In this document: positions 1 through 10,300 of the stretch, one piece after another
Layout: every line of letters starts with the position of its first letter
Position numbering within the stretch: position 1 is the stretch's first letter
Source of the DNA: a virus
Lineage: Duplodnaviria; Caudoviricetes
Length of the DNA stretch: 50,212 bases
Virus record (IMG/VR): IMGVR_UViG_3300037048_000045
Coordinates: 1-50,212 of that record
Strand: one strand, 5' to 3'
Notes under the pieces: generated by a model
Database searches by the model: none
What the model was told of the DNA's origin: nothing
What the model saw: the letters and a program-made list of their open reading frames with translations, nothing else
Position numbers and translations under genes: made by a program

Positions 1-190
1 ATCCGTCCAGGCGGTGAGGCCGCCGGAAATGGCGATGGAGATCCCCGTCGCACCGGATGAGGAATCCGTCCAGGCGGTGAGGCCGCCGGAAATGGCGATG
101 GAGATCCCCGTCGCACCGGATGAGGAATCCGTCCAGGCGGTGAGGCCGCCGGAAATGGCGATGGAGATCCCCGTCGCACCGGATGAGGAA
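1..190 (+). repeat. Three perfect 63-bp tandem repeats (21-aa unit SVQAVRPPEMAMEIPVAPDEE), cut by the window start
   Basis: ATCCGTCCAGGCGG recurs at 1, 64 and 127. Confidence 0.95.
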
Positions 191-3100
191 ATAAAGAGAA
201 TTCAGCATTTGTTTACCACCGGGACGTGGATGCCCGGAGCTGATCCGCTCACCATCGGCCCGGAGAATTTTTTCGCCATGCAGAACCTCCGGTTCGCCGA
301 ACGGATGCTCGAAGGCGTTCCGGGCTATACGAAGATCAACACTCTGGCGCTGGAAACCTATTTGAAGATCCGCAATGGAATCCAGCTCAATGCGCCGTTT
401 ACGACGCGGTCCAGGATTTTCGCACAGGCGTACAATGACGCGCTTTCAGCGTCGCAAATCATCCAGAACATCACGGCCGTTCCCGGCACGGGGGGCTTTA
501 ACGAGCTGATGACCCTCGACGTTGCGCCCGGCGGCGCCGGATGGTCGGCAGGAAACACCATTACAGGCAATAGCAGCGGAAAAACATGCGTTATTGTCGC
601 CGTGCTGACCACACTGACCTATATCGTCAAGGACCGGTCCGGCGCTTATACCCTGGGCGAAATCTTGACCAACGGAACGGCCACGGCCGACCAGGGCGCA
701 GCCCACCCCACGTTTGCGCTTTCCGCACTGCATACGGACGCAGCGGGCGCCGGGCTTGGGCGGTTCGCCCGGTGGCCGAACAACCAGATCGCGTATTGCA
801 ACGGCGTGGAATCGAAGATCTACGGCGGAGACGAGATTCCCTGTGCGGCGTTTCTGACCTCATCGGCGGCAGTGACCGGCGCGACCCTGACCAATCCCAA
901 AGATTACAGCGAGCAGATGCGCAACAATCTGCAGACCTCCGATCAGATGGCCACGATCGGCGGCGGGAATGATTCTTATGCAAAGGTTCTACTGACGTTC
1001 GAGAGCAAAGACGGGGCGAAGATTGCAGACACATCGGTCGGCGGCGCAGGCGCAAACGACGCTGACCTTGTCGGAACCGCGGACTGGTCCACCGACTGGG
1101 CGAAATTCGGGACAAAAAGCGGTAAAATTCCGACAACAGCCTCCGGATTTTCGATTGCCGACAGCGCCGATCTGGATTTCGGCGTCGCGGACGGGACGAT
1201 TGATTGTTGGGCAAAGGGCGGCGTTTATGATTACTTCATGAGCGGCACATACACTTATGCGTCGGCAACCGGCAGATTAACCGCCGGAGCCTGGACAACT
1301 CCCTTCACCAATTTTGCCGTGGGGGATATCATCGCCTGTTATATCCCGGCGGGCGCTATCTGGCGTTTCGGGAACATCCTGTCCAAGGCGGGCGATGATA
1401 GCTGGGTTGAGGTAGCCGGGACATTTCAAGATGGCGATACATCATACGGCGTCAAAAGGGGGATGGCATTGTTCGGACGCTACCAGGACGCAACGCATTA
1501 TTGGTATGTGGCTGCGTTTCCTTCCTTCGTCTGTCTGGCCATGAACTCCGGCGCGGGCCTGACCTTTACATACCTTTCGATCGGCTCTTTTAGCTTTGCG
1601 TCCGGGGCTCATTTTGCCCTCGTGCAACTCTTTGGCACGGCGCTTTATTTTTGCTTCGCCGGGACCCGCTATTCCTTCGGGAATATAGCCCTGCCGGACC
1701 TGGCCGCGGCGTTAACGTTCGGCAGATGTCAATGGGCCGCGGCTTCTTATGTGCCGGGTTTTTTAACAAACTTTGCAACATATTATGACCAGATACGGGT
1801 TTCCAAGGGCGTTGCGCGGTGGACCACGAATTTTACACCGCCTGCAAGCGCATACGCCGCCGCCGCAATGACGTTTCTGGTCGGGTTTACACGGCCCGTC
1901 CAGGCGGTCAAGCTGTATATTCCGTCCGGCGGCGGAAACTCTGAGGCCAGTTCCATCACCGGGCAGGAACACAACGGCTATGCCTGGTCTTTATTGACCA
2001 TTACCGACGGTACGAAACCGGGAACCGCCGCAGTGGCGCAGACCGGCAGCCTGTCATTCGCATCGACTGTGGCGTCCTCGGTGGCCAAGCTTATCGAGGG
2101 CCGCGTGCTTTACTGGTATCAGTTTGCCCTTTCCGCCGGCGAGGCGCAGATCTACCAGGTGACCGGCGACGCGCCCTGGCAGGACGTCCGGGATGTTTGG
2201 GATGGATCGGAACTATTGCTTTCCTCCTGCCTGGTGTATGTCGTCGCCACGCTGAGTTACAAGGATTTCACGCTGCAGGCCGCGGAAAACTCGCCACTGA
2301 CCATCGTCGAGCTGGATGCTCTGGCCACGACGGAACATTTGCTGCTGGGTTCGCCCGTGCCGCTGATGGGGTTCAATGTCCGAATGTCGTCCGACGCGAC
2401 AAAGGTGAACAACAACGCCGCAGTAATGACGCTGGCCTATTGCGACGGCAGCGCCATCACAACCTGGCCGGCGGCCACGTCGATGACCGACGGAACCTCT
2501 GCCGACGGCAAAAGCATGAAGCAATCCGGCACGGTATCATTTACGCCCGTGTCTTCCGGGCAGGAATTCAAGGTGGCCATCAACGGCGGCTCGCCCATGT
2601 ATTACTACAAAATCACCTTCTCGGCGGCGCTGTCCGCTTCGGTCGAGTCCTATTACATCACCGGCATCCCCGCGCCGCAGACGGTAAAGCCCTACATATT
2701 CCCGTTCGCCTTCCTGGGCCGGCCGATGCTGTGCGGGTACAAGGCCGGGAACGAAGGAAACCGCGTCGATTACGGGATGACGGCCGCGACAGACGTCTGG
2801 AACGGTCCGGATGCGTCCATGGGCGTGGATAGCGAATCCCTCTATTTCGGCGGGAATGAGGATCTGACCGCTGCTTGCGAGGTGTATAATCGCCTGGGGT
2901 CTTCGATTTACTCCTTTGCCATCTTCTGCAAAGAGTATGAGGCCTATATCCTGAACGGGTACGATGCGGCTACCTACAAAATCTATCCGATTTCCGCAGT
3001 TTATGGCTGCGCCGGGCCGCTGACGATGGATACCTATCAGATCGGGATCAGCAAGGATTCCAATTCCGTACGCAGCATCGCCATGTGGCTGTCGCATTCC

Positions 3101-3808
3101 GGCCCGGTCATGTTCGATTCCGGCGGGCTGGTGCCGGTCCCAGGGCTCGAATGCTATTTCGACCGTAGGGACAGCCGCTGCATCAACTCGGCCGCTATCG
3201 CAAATGCGCGCGGCTGGTTCGACCCGGACACCGGCGATTATAATCTGCAGATCCCGTCCGGGGTGGGGCAGACGTTCAATAATGTCTGGGTTGCTTTGAG
3301 CATGAAGCACCAAAAGTGGTATCCCGTCGTGCCTTCCGCCGCCGCCAGTCCCTACCTCGGCGCCGCCTTCCGCGTGTCGGACACGGATGGCCGGCAATAT
3401 GTATATGGCGCCAGGGACAACGGCTATATGATGCGGCTGCACGATCCGTCCGTGGCCACCTGGGACGGGACCGGCTCGGTGCAGTCGATCACGCTGGGGG
3501 ATCTGCTGCTGTCCGGGAATATCTGGGACCGGATCCGGCTGCGATTTCTGAAACTCTTCGGGGTTTCCGCCGCCGAGGACATTGACGCCGCGATCACCCA
3601 CTATGCCGACGGCGCAGCGGCGGGAACGGCCCTGGCGGACGTCGCGCTGGATGCAACGCCGCGATATTTCAAAAGCACCCAGGGGCTGAACCTGGTGGCC
3701 TGGTCGCATCAAATCAAGATCTCCGTAACGGTTTCGACGGAAATCCGCGGCATGAGGCTTTTGGGCTGGGGCATGGAATTCCAGGTTGAACGGGAGGATC
3801 TGACGTAA
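14..3808 (+). CDS. Virion structural protein, probable tail tubular/nozzle protein with inserted LamG-like domain; true start uncertain
   Basis: 1264-aa beta-rich ORF upstream of putative ejection genes; LamG-type motifs (DSYAKVLLTF, DGTIDCW, DQIRVSKGVARWTTNFTPP) at ~960-1860. Confidence 0.6.
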   Translation: MRPPEMAMEIPVAPDEESVQAVRPPEMAMEIPVAPDEESVQAVRPPEMAMEIPVAPDEEIKRIQHLFTTGTWMPGADPLTIGPENFFAMQNLRFAERMLEGVPGYTKINTLALETYLKIRNGIQLNAPFTTRSRIFAQAYNDALSASQIIQNITAVPGTGGFNELMTLDVAPGGAGWSAGNTITGNSSGKTCVIVAVLTTLTYIVKDRSGAYTLGEILTNGTATADQGAAHPTFALSALHTDAAGAGLGRFARWPNNQIAYCNGVESKIYGGDEIPCAAFLTSSAAVTGATLTNPKDYSEQMRNNLQTSDQMATIGGGNDSYAKVLLTFESKDGAKIADTSVGGAGANDADLVGTADWSTDWAKFGTKSGKIPTTASGFSIADSADLDFGVADGTIDCWAKGGVYDYFMSGTYTYASATGRLTAGAWTTPFTNFAVGDIIACYIPAGAIWRFGNILSKAGDDSWVEVAGTFQDGDTSYGVKRGMALFGRYQDATHYWYVAAFPSFVCLAMNSGAGLTFTYLSIGSFSFASGAHFALVQLFGTALYFCFAGTRYSFGNIALPDLAAALTFGRCQWAAASYVPGFLTNFATYYDQIRVSKGVARWTTNFTPPASAYAAAAMTFLVGFTRPVQAVKLYIPSGGGNSEASSITGQEHNGYAWSLLTITDGTKPGTAAVAQTGSLSFASTVASSVAKLIEGRVLYWYQFALSAGEAQIYQVTGDAPWQDVRDVWDGSELLLSSCLVYVVATLSYKDFTLQAAENSPLTIVELDALATTEHLLLGSPVPLMGFNVRMSSDATKVNNNAAVMTLAYCDGSAITTWPAATSMTDGTSADGKSMKQSGTVSFTPVSSGQEFKVAINGGSPMYYYKITFSAALSASVESYYITGIPAPQTVKPYIFPFAFLGRPMLCGYKAGNEGNRVDYGMTAATDVWNGPDASMGVDSESLYFGGNEDLTAACEVYNRLGSSIYSFAIFCKEYEAYILNGYDAATYKIYPISAVYGCAGPLTMDTYQIGISKDSNSVRSIAMWLSHSGPVMFDSGGLVPVPGLECYFDRRDSRCINSAAIANARGWFDPDTGDYNLQIPSGVGQTFNNVWVALSMKHQKWYPVVPSAAASPYLGAAFRVSDTDGRQYVYGARDNGYMMRLHDPSVATWDGTGSVQSITLGDLLLSGNIWDRIRLRFLKLFGVSAAEDIDAAITHYADGAAAGTALADVALDATPRYFKSTQGLNLVAWSHQIKISVTVSTEIRGMRLLGWGMEFQVEREDLT

Positions 3809-3839
3809 ATGCACGTTTCTACGGGGGGAGGTATAAAAA

Positions 3840-4376
3840 ATGCCAAACGTTGAACATCCGGTCAATTACCGCCGGGCCGTGCTGCATGAACTTGCGGCGC
3901 CGTCGTCGGTGGCTGCAATCCCGAATCTCACGGACATCACGCAGCAACATGCAGCGGCGCAGGGCAAGATCGCCGTCCTGGACCAGGGCCTGAAATCCGA
4001 TGTTTCTTTTGCGGAGAATAAACTTTCCGAGCAGAACCGGCAGTTTATGGAGAGACTGTCCATGGACCGGCAAATGCTCGACACCTGGGCCGAGCAGAAC
4101 AAGTGGGCCACGAATATCGCCATTGCCAACCTGGGCGTGCAAGCTCTCGGGATCCCGGCCCAGATGAAGACGCTGGAAAAGAAAGAGGCGTCGGAGAAGG
4201 CGATCGCGGCTCGCATGAATGAGGCCGTTGATTTGCGAAAACTCGCGGCCGCGGAAGAAAAACGCCGCTGGGATAAGTTCCTCGGAGATCAGCAGCAGCA
4301 AAACACGGCTGCAATCCGAAGGCTTTATAAAGTCAATACCGGAAATGCCGCCGGGATGAATTCACCTTATGAGTAA
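3840..4376 (+). CDS. Putative internal virion/ejection protein
   Basis: GGAGG RBS, helical Ala/Gln-rich, position after nozzle-like gene. Confidence 0.5.
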   Translation: MPNVEHPVNYRRAVLHELAAPSSVAAIPNLTDITQQHAAAQGKIAVLDQGLKSDVSFAENKLSEQNRQFMERLSMDRQMLDTWAEQNKWATNIAIANLGVQALGIPAQMKTLEKKEASEKAIAARMNEAVDLRKLAAAEEKRRWDKFLGDQQQQNTAAIRRLYKVNTGNAAGMNSPYE

Positions 4377-4445
4377 ATACGCGAATTTACTCATTGAGAA
4401 AGCGCCCGAAGCGCCGCGTAATATGATGACACAAGGAGGTACGCC

Positions 4446-5522
4446 ATGGCTTTCAGCATGAATCTCAGAGACCTGACCAGCCCGCAGTACAGCGCCGTGA
4501 CCGGCCGCAACAAAAAAACGCCCTATACGGCCTATCTCACCGCAATGGGACCGTATGCCCGGGAGATGGCGCGGCAGGACCAGCTCGATACCATCCGGTC
4601 AAACGAACTCGCGCAAAGCACCGCACAGTTCAACGCCGGGCAGGTGCTGGAACGGGAGAGACTCGACGCGGAAATGGAACAGGCGGAAAAGGCCTCGACG
4701 ATCAACCTCGTAAATACCGGCCTCACCGCCGCGGCGCTGGCCAATCAGGCCGGGATCATCAACCTCAAGGATGTCGCCGGCGGGGTCATCAAGGGCGGAA
4801 AATACTTGTACAACGCGGCTACGGGCGCGGGCGCCGCCGCTGAAGCGGCATCTGCCGCCGCGGCGGGTGCGGCGGCGGCAGATGCAGGATCGCTCGCGGG
4901 CGCCGCGGCTACCGGAGTTATGAGTGTGCCCGGTCTGGCAGGAGCGATAACGGCCGGACAATACGCCGCGCCTGCATACCTCGCAAGAGAGGCCCTTGGT
5001 GGAATCTTCCGGGCTTCTGGAAATCCAGTTCTGGAATCGCAGGGTGAATTGATGCGGGAACCAACCATTGAAGGACTCATCGGCGCCACCATCAATGATG
5101 TATTTAACATGGGCAGGGAAGGTGAAATAGCCGCACAATGGGCAGATCCAGTAGGGGCATCAATGAAGTGGGCCACCGAGCGCGTCGGCTGCATCATCGT
5201 CACCGCCTGCACCTCGCCGGAATCGGAAGAAGTCAATATCACTCGTGAATACCGCGATAAATACCTGACCCCGGAACAGCTACGGGGATACTACATGATC
5301 GCGGAAAAGGTCGTCCCGGCCATCGCCGGATCGGCGGCCGTGAAATGGTTTGTGAAGCGATTCCTGGTGGATAACCTAATCGCCTATGGGCGGCATGCCC
5401 TCGGCAAAGGGCCGAGACCCGGCCTGTCGTCAACCCTGATAACCCGCGGATTTCTGGCCCTGTGCAATGCGGTGGGCAGCCGGAAGCCGTCGTTTGTCCG
5501 GGTAAATGGAGAAATCGTGTAA
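4446..5522 (+). CDS. Putative ejection protein with C-terminal CFI-box-CTERM-like domain
   Basis: AGGAGG RBS; Ala/Gly-rich middle; C-terminal CIIVTAC...EVNITREYRDKYL...RGYY. Confidence 0.55.
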   Translation: MAFSMNLRDLTSPQYSAVTGRNKKTPYTAYLTAMGPYAREMARQDQLDTIRSNELAQSTAQFNAGQVLERERLDAEMEQAEKASTINLVNTGLTAAALANQAGIINLKDVAGGVIKGGKYLYNAATGAGAAAEAASAAAAGAAAADAGSLAGAAATGVMSVPGLAGAITAGQYAAPAYLAREALGGIFRASGNPVLESQGELMREPTIEGLIGATINDVFNMGREGEIAAQWADPVGASMKWATERVGCIIVTACTSPESEEVNITREYRDKYLTPEQLRGYYMIAEKVVPAIAGSAAVKWFVKRFLVDNLIAYGRHALGKGPRPGLSSTLITRGFLALCNAVGSRKPSFVRVNGEIV

Positions 5523-6190
5523 TGGCGAGCGATTACGAAATAGAGACGCCGGAATACCTGGCGCATGGAATCAAGGCCTATCAGATATGGATGTTCGCCG
5601 ATTCCGAAGACCAACACATAGAGATCTGTTCGGGACTTGCTGAATATAAACGGGGAATGCGGATCTGCGACATGGGGTGCGGCGTGGGTTACATTGCTCA
5701 TCTAATGAACCTTTGCGGTTTCGAAACAGTGGGCGTTACAAATTCACGGTTTCAACACGACTATGCCGCCGAGCACTTTCCCGAAACTCGGTTTTTACTG
5801 TGCGATATGACGGATACGCCACTTCAAGGCGAATCATTCGACGCCGTTCAATGGATGGAGTCCATCGGGTACGTGGATCAAACAAAAGCCTTCTCGGAAG
5901 CGTTTCGCCTTTTGAAATCCGGCGGCAGGGCGGTTTGCAAAGATTTTGCCGCGATCAGAGATCCGTCGCTGGCCGGCGGAGCCTGGTCTTACCGGTTTGT
6001 TTCTGCCGGTGAAATGATCAACCGGGCCGAAGACGCCGGACTAAAGCTGATAAAGGCCTTTTCGTGCCGGTGCGACAGCAAAAGGTACGAAACCTTTTTT
6101 TCCGATTCCAAACTGATGCAGGCGCTTCACCCGGCCGGATGCAAAGCGCATGCGTCGATTCCATTTTGGTATGAATTTGTGAAATTGTAA
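5522..6190 (+). CDS. Class I SAM-dependent methyltransferase
   Basis: ICDMGCGVG motif I, ESFDAV, LLKSGGR; ATG overlaps upstream TAA. Confidence 0.85.
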   Translation: MASDYEIETPEYLAHGIKAYQIWMFADSEDQHIEICSGLAEYKRGMRICDMGCGVGYIAHLMNLCGFETVGVTNSRFQHDYAAEHFPETRFLLCDMTDTPLQGESFDAVQWMESIGYVDQTKAFSEAFRLLKSGGRAVCKDFAAIRDPSLAGGAWSYRFVSAGEMINRAEDAGLKLIKAFSCRCDSKRYETFFSDSKLMQALHPAGCKAHASIPFWYEFVKL

Positions 6191-6203
6191 AGGAGGCGAC
6201 ACA

Positions 6204-7295
6204 ATGAACCGAAACCCCTACGGCGCGGTACCGGAAGCCCTGAAGGAGACGCGGCTGACCCTGCGTGACCTGATGACCGCACACCTGGAGAACAAGGTGG
6301 CGGAGGGACGCCTGGGCCTGGAAAAGGCCAAGGCGGATACGGAGCTGGCAATGGTCGGCGCAAACATCAAGCGCGATGAGATTGCAAGCCTCCGGGACAC
6401 GGCGCGAATGAAGCAGGACGCGGATCAGTTCGGCCTGGGCCTGATGCAAAGACAGAAGGAACAAGACGTCAACGCGGGCTTTCGCGAACGGGAACTAAGC
6501 CAGACCCATGATTTCCGGAATCGGGAACTGGATATGCAGGCGAAGCGCGACAAGATCTCTGCGGACACCGCGCGCCATGCCCTGGAAAAAAAGCCCGTGT
6601 CTGTATGGCTGCAACAATCCGGCATCGATCCGAGAGTCGCACCACTTTTGGGATTCACGGACACAAATCAGACCTTGACCAGGGAGGATGCGCGCCATCT
6701 GGCCGGCAACCTGGCGGGATACGTTCCGCACCTGGAGGCGGGCCTGGCGGCGCAAGACATGCGCGCCATCCAGGATGCTCTACCCAAAGCCAAACCGGAA
6801 GAATTGCCCGCGCTGCAACAGAAATACGAAACGGCGGCCCGGCGCTTTGCCATCAGCAATCAACGCATCAAAGGGATTTCCGATAGCGGAAAAACGAAAC
6901 TGGCCAATAAAATGCAAGAAGAGGGCAAAACGCCACAGGAGATCGCGGAGTTTATTTCAGAGCTTGAGACCGGGCTGCAGCAAGCAAAGACCGCCGGGGA
7001 TGTCCTCGGCAACAACGTTGAGAGTTTCAACGACCTGCGGGCGAAGATCAGCGTGGACCCGCTGTACGATAAGCGCAGCGACGAGGCCGTGCGGACCATT
7101 TTGCAACTGGCCCCGAAAGAGCTGGCCACGAGTATCGACGCCGGATACAAGGCCAGGATAAAAAAGAAGGATTTCCGGGGCGCGTATGAATATCTGCGCG
7201 GCTATGCCTATCAACTCGACCAAAAAAGAGCAGGGAGCAATTCCAACCCGACCGGCGGAAGCGACCCTGAAAGCGAAATGATGATTTACCCATAG
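6204..7295 (+). CDS. Putative ejection/internal virion protein
   Basis: AGGAGG RBS, coiled-coil composition, precedes giant protein. Confidence 0.5.
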   Translation: MNRNPYGAVPEALKETRLTLRDLMTAHLENKVAEGRLGLEKAKADTELAMVGANIKRDEIASLRDTARMKQDADQFGLGLMQRQKEQDVNAGFRERELSQTHDFRNRELDMQAKRDKISADTARHALEKKPVSVWLQQSGIDPRVAPLLGFTDTNQTLTREDARHLAGNLAGYVPHLEAGLAAQDMRAIQDALPKAKPEELPALQQKYETAARRFAISNQRIKGISDSGKTKLANKMQEEGKTPQEIAEFISELETGLQQAKTAGDVLGNNVESFNDLRAKISVDPLYDKRSDEAVRTILQLAPKELATSIDAGYKARIKKKDFRGAYEYLRGYAYQLDQKRAGSNSNPTGGSDPESEMMIYP

Positions 7296-7311
7296 GAAGT
7301 GGAGCGTGTAA

Positions 7312-10300
7312 ATGTCTGGAACCGACCTGAATCGCTTCGATGTTGTGCGCAAGACCCTGTCCGCGCCGGAGTCGCTGAAAAATAAAACAACCGGGGGGAT
7401 CCCCGTCGGGCGCGATGATCTGAATCGCTTTGATGACATCCGGCAATCCCTGAGCCCTCCCGAAGAAGAGAAGCCCTTTATTGCGCCGCGCGGTCCGATC
7501 GATGAGACGTTTTCCGCCCTGGGCGCGGGCTTTGCCCAAACCGGGGAGGCTATCGGCGGCACGATGGAGATGCTGGGCCTTCCAGGCGGGAAGAAGATCC
7601 GTGAGGAATGGTCCGCCATCGGGGAGCTGCCCTCTTTACAGCGCCCGACCTATTTGCAGCAGGATGACGAGATCCGGGGCAGCGACTGGCGCTGGTGGGT
7701 GCGCAACCTCGGCGAAAATATCCCGAATTTCGTGATGATGTACGGGGTCGGCGGCGGTGTCGGCACGGCGGCAAAGGTTGCCGGTTTGGGGCTCAAGGCG
7801 ATCAGCCGGGCGTCGCTGGCAGGCGGATTCGGCGGATCGTTCACGCTGGAGGCGGGCAGCCAGTATTCCCAGGCCAAGACGGAAATGATGGAGGCCGGTT
7901 TCGACCCGGACCAGATCGAGTCCGTGGCCACCATGGAAGGCCTGGTCTCCGGAACGGCCAACGCAATCATCGAAATGCTGCCGATGGGCAACGTCTTCGG
8001 CAGGCAGCCGGTCGCAAAACGCATGCTCAAGCGCATCCTGCAACAGGGCGCGCTGGAGGGCGGAACGGAGGTTGCTCAGGAGGCAGTCAACGTCTGGTCG
8101 GAAAAAATGGGGCACAAACCGGATCAGCAATGGTCCGACCAGGTCAACCGCATGCTGACCGCAGGCATTGTCGGCGGCGTCATGGGCGGGGCCGTCGCCG
8201 GGCCGATGGGCTCTTCCGTCCACAAGGATCAGCTTACACGGTACAACTCCCTGGCCGATCAGATCGGCGTCAAGGATGAGGTCTTTGCCCGCAAGGAGGC
8301 CGGGGCCTCCGATCAGGAAATCGCAGACTACCTGGATACCCGGATCAATGAATTCCGGACGAAGCTCGCAGAGACGCCGCCAGGGGCCGATGCCATCACC
8401 GGCGGCACAGAAGTCAAGGACATTGCACAAAAACAGACCCTGCCCGAAGTGGATGCCAAAGAGATGACGGGCTATCTACTCTACGGCGACGGTAAATATA
8501 CGCCGGAAGCGGGGATAATCAAGCAGACGACGACCCGGGCCAAGAAAGGCGTCCTGGGGATGTTCGGGATGAAAGAAAAGGTCGGGCCTGATCCGGGAAC
8601 CGAAACGGCTCCGGTCGAGATGAAGAAACCGGAAGCGGGATCGCTGCCCCCCGGACCGACGGCAGGAAAAGATCTGGCCCTGGAAGAAGCGCAAGAAAAA
8701 GCCAGGGCCCGGGATAACGCCTTCGAAAAACGCAAGAAGGCGGAGAGCCTGTTCGACAACATCATCGGCGAACTCACGGCGGAGGATCAGCAACGCCTGG
8801 AAGAAACCCGTCAACGGGAGCTGCTGCAAAAAGAGCAGGAGGAACAGCAGGCCGTCGTTGAACAGGAGGCCCAGGCCAGCGCCGCTCTTGACCAGGCCGC
8901 GGCCGAGAATGTGGCCGCCGTGAAAGATGTGGCCGGGGATCATCCGCAGAAACAGGCCATTGCCATGCAGGTAATGGGGCTTTCCGACCGGGTGCTGCTG
9001 TCCACCGTTCAGAAAGAACTCGGCCTGAACGTTCAACCTGCAGGGCAGGATCGCTATGAGATCGTAACCGCAGGCGGGGCGCAGGCGACAACCATACCCG
9101 CGCTGCGCAAACTGCTGTCCGAAAAGTATGTGGCTGATTACGACGCGGATCAGGTCGCCCAGGTGGAAGCGGAGAAAAAGCGCCAGGCTGATTTCGAAAC
9201 GGCGCGCCGGCGGGAAGAATCCACCAGGAGCGAAAGGGAAAAGAAAACAGCCGACTGGGCGCTCTCAAACGCCCGCGAAACGCTCCGGATGCGCCGCGTC
9301 CTCAGTCCGCAGCAGCATGCCGCGCTTGTCGCCGCACGGGATCAACTCACGCCGCAGGAAATTGCGATCCTCGATGCCGAACCGACCATCGCAAAGTCCG
9401 CACCGCCGCCCTCGCTCCTGGCGTTAGGGGTGAGAGGAAAGCCCACGCCCGAGACAAGGGAGGAAACGCAAGCTCCAGAGCGCACAGGGGAACAACCCAG
9501 TACCCGAACGGCGCGAGTCGAAGCGCAGGGCGATCTTTCTGGAGAGATTGCCCCATCCCTCCCGGAAGAACAGGCTGACGAGAACCAGATCCGGACCATC
9601 GTGCTCGATGAACTGGCCGCGCAACTGAAAGACACCGGCCCGGCCGGGTGGGTGGAAAACGAGGAAGGCGGGCAACGTATCGCCGCCGGCGGATGGATAA
9701 GTCGCGTTGTCAAGACGATGGGCAGGCAGGCCACCACGCCGATCCGCGATGAGAACGGGAAGCCCGTCACACTGAACCTCTCAAAATCCTATATCGCCAA
9801 TGTGATCGATAAGGCCCGGACGGGTAAGCCGCTCACAGAACAACAGCAGGCCGTTTTTGATGAGGTCCTCTCCGAAGCGAAAGACGTGGAAGCCTACGCC
9901 GTGAAACTGGCATCCGACGAAGCCGAAGCCCTGGCCGCGAGTTTTGATCCGGACGAGTTTACGGCGGAACCGGAAGCCCGGCCGGAAGCGAAGCAGGAAG
10001 CCGTGCCTGCCCCCGCTAACCTGGAATCCAAGCAGCCGTGGGAGATGACGAGGGCGGAACTTGCAACCGAAAATGCCAAGCTAAAGGGCGAAACATCCGA
10101 ATCCCTGCAAGCACAAATAGACAGCAAGGTTGATGCCCTGCAAAAATCCGGCATGGATTTTATGAAGGCAAGCAAGCATCCAGAAGTAGCGGAACTGTAT
10201 CGGAAAAGAGACATTATAGACAACAATCAACTAATGGAGGCGCGGGAAGAAATTAAGTCTCGTGTAAAGAAATCAGCTCCCGACGCAGATGTTGATTATA

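Noticed and set aside
1-190. CRISPR array
   Set aside because: Contiguous in-frame tandem units without unique spacers; no cas genes
503-715. Intein interpretation of the shared module
   Set aside because: No N-terminal Cys/Ser with C-terminal His-Asn signature, and too short
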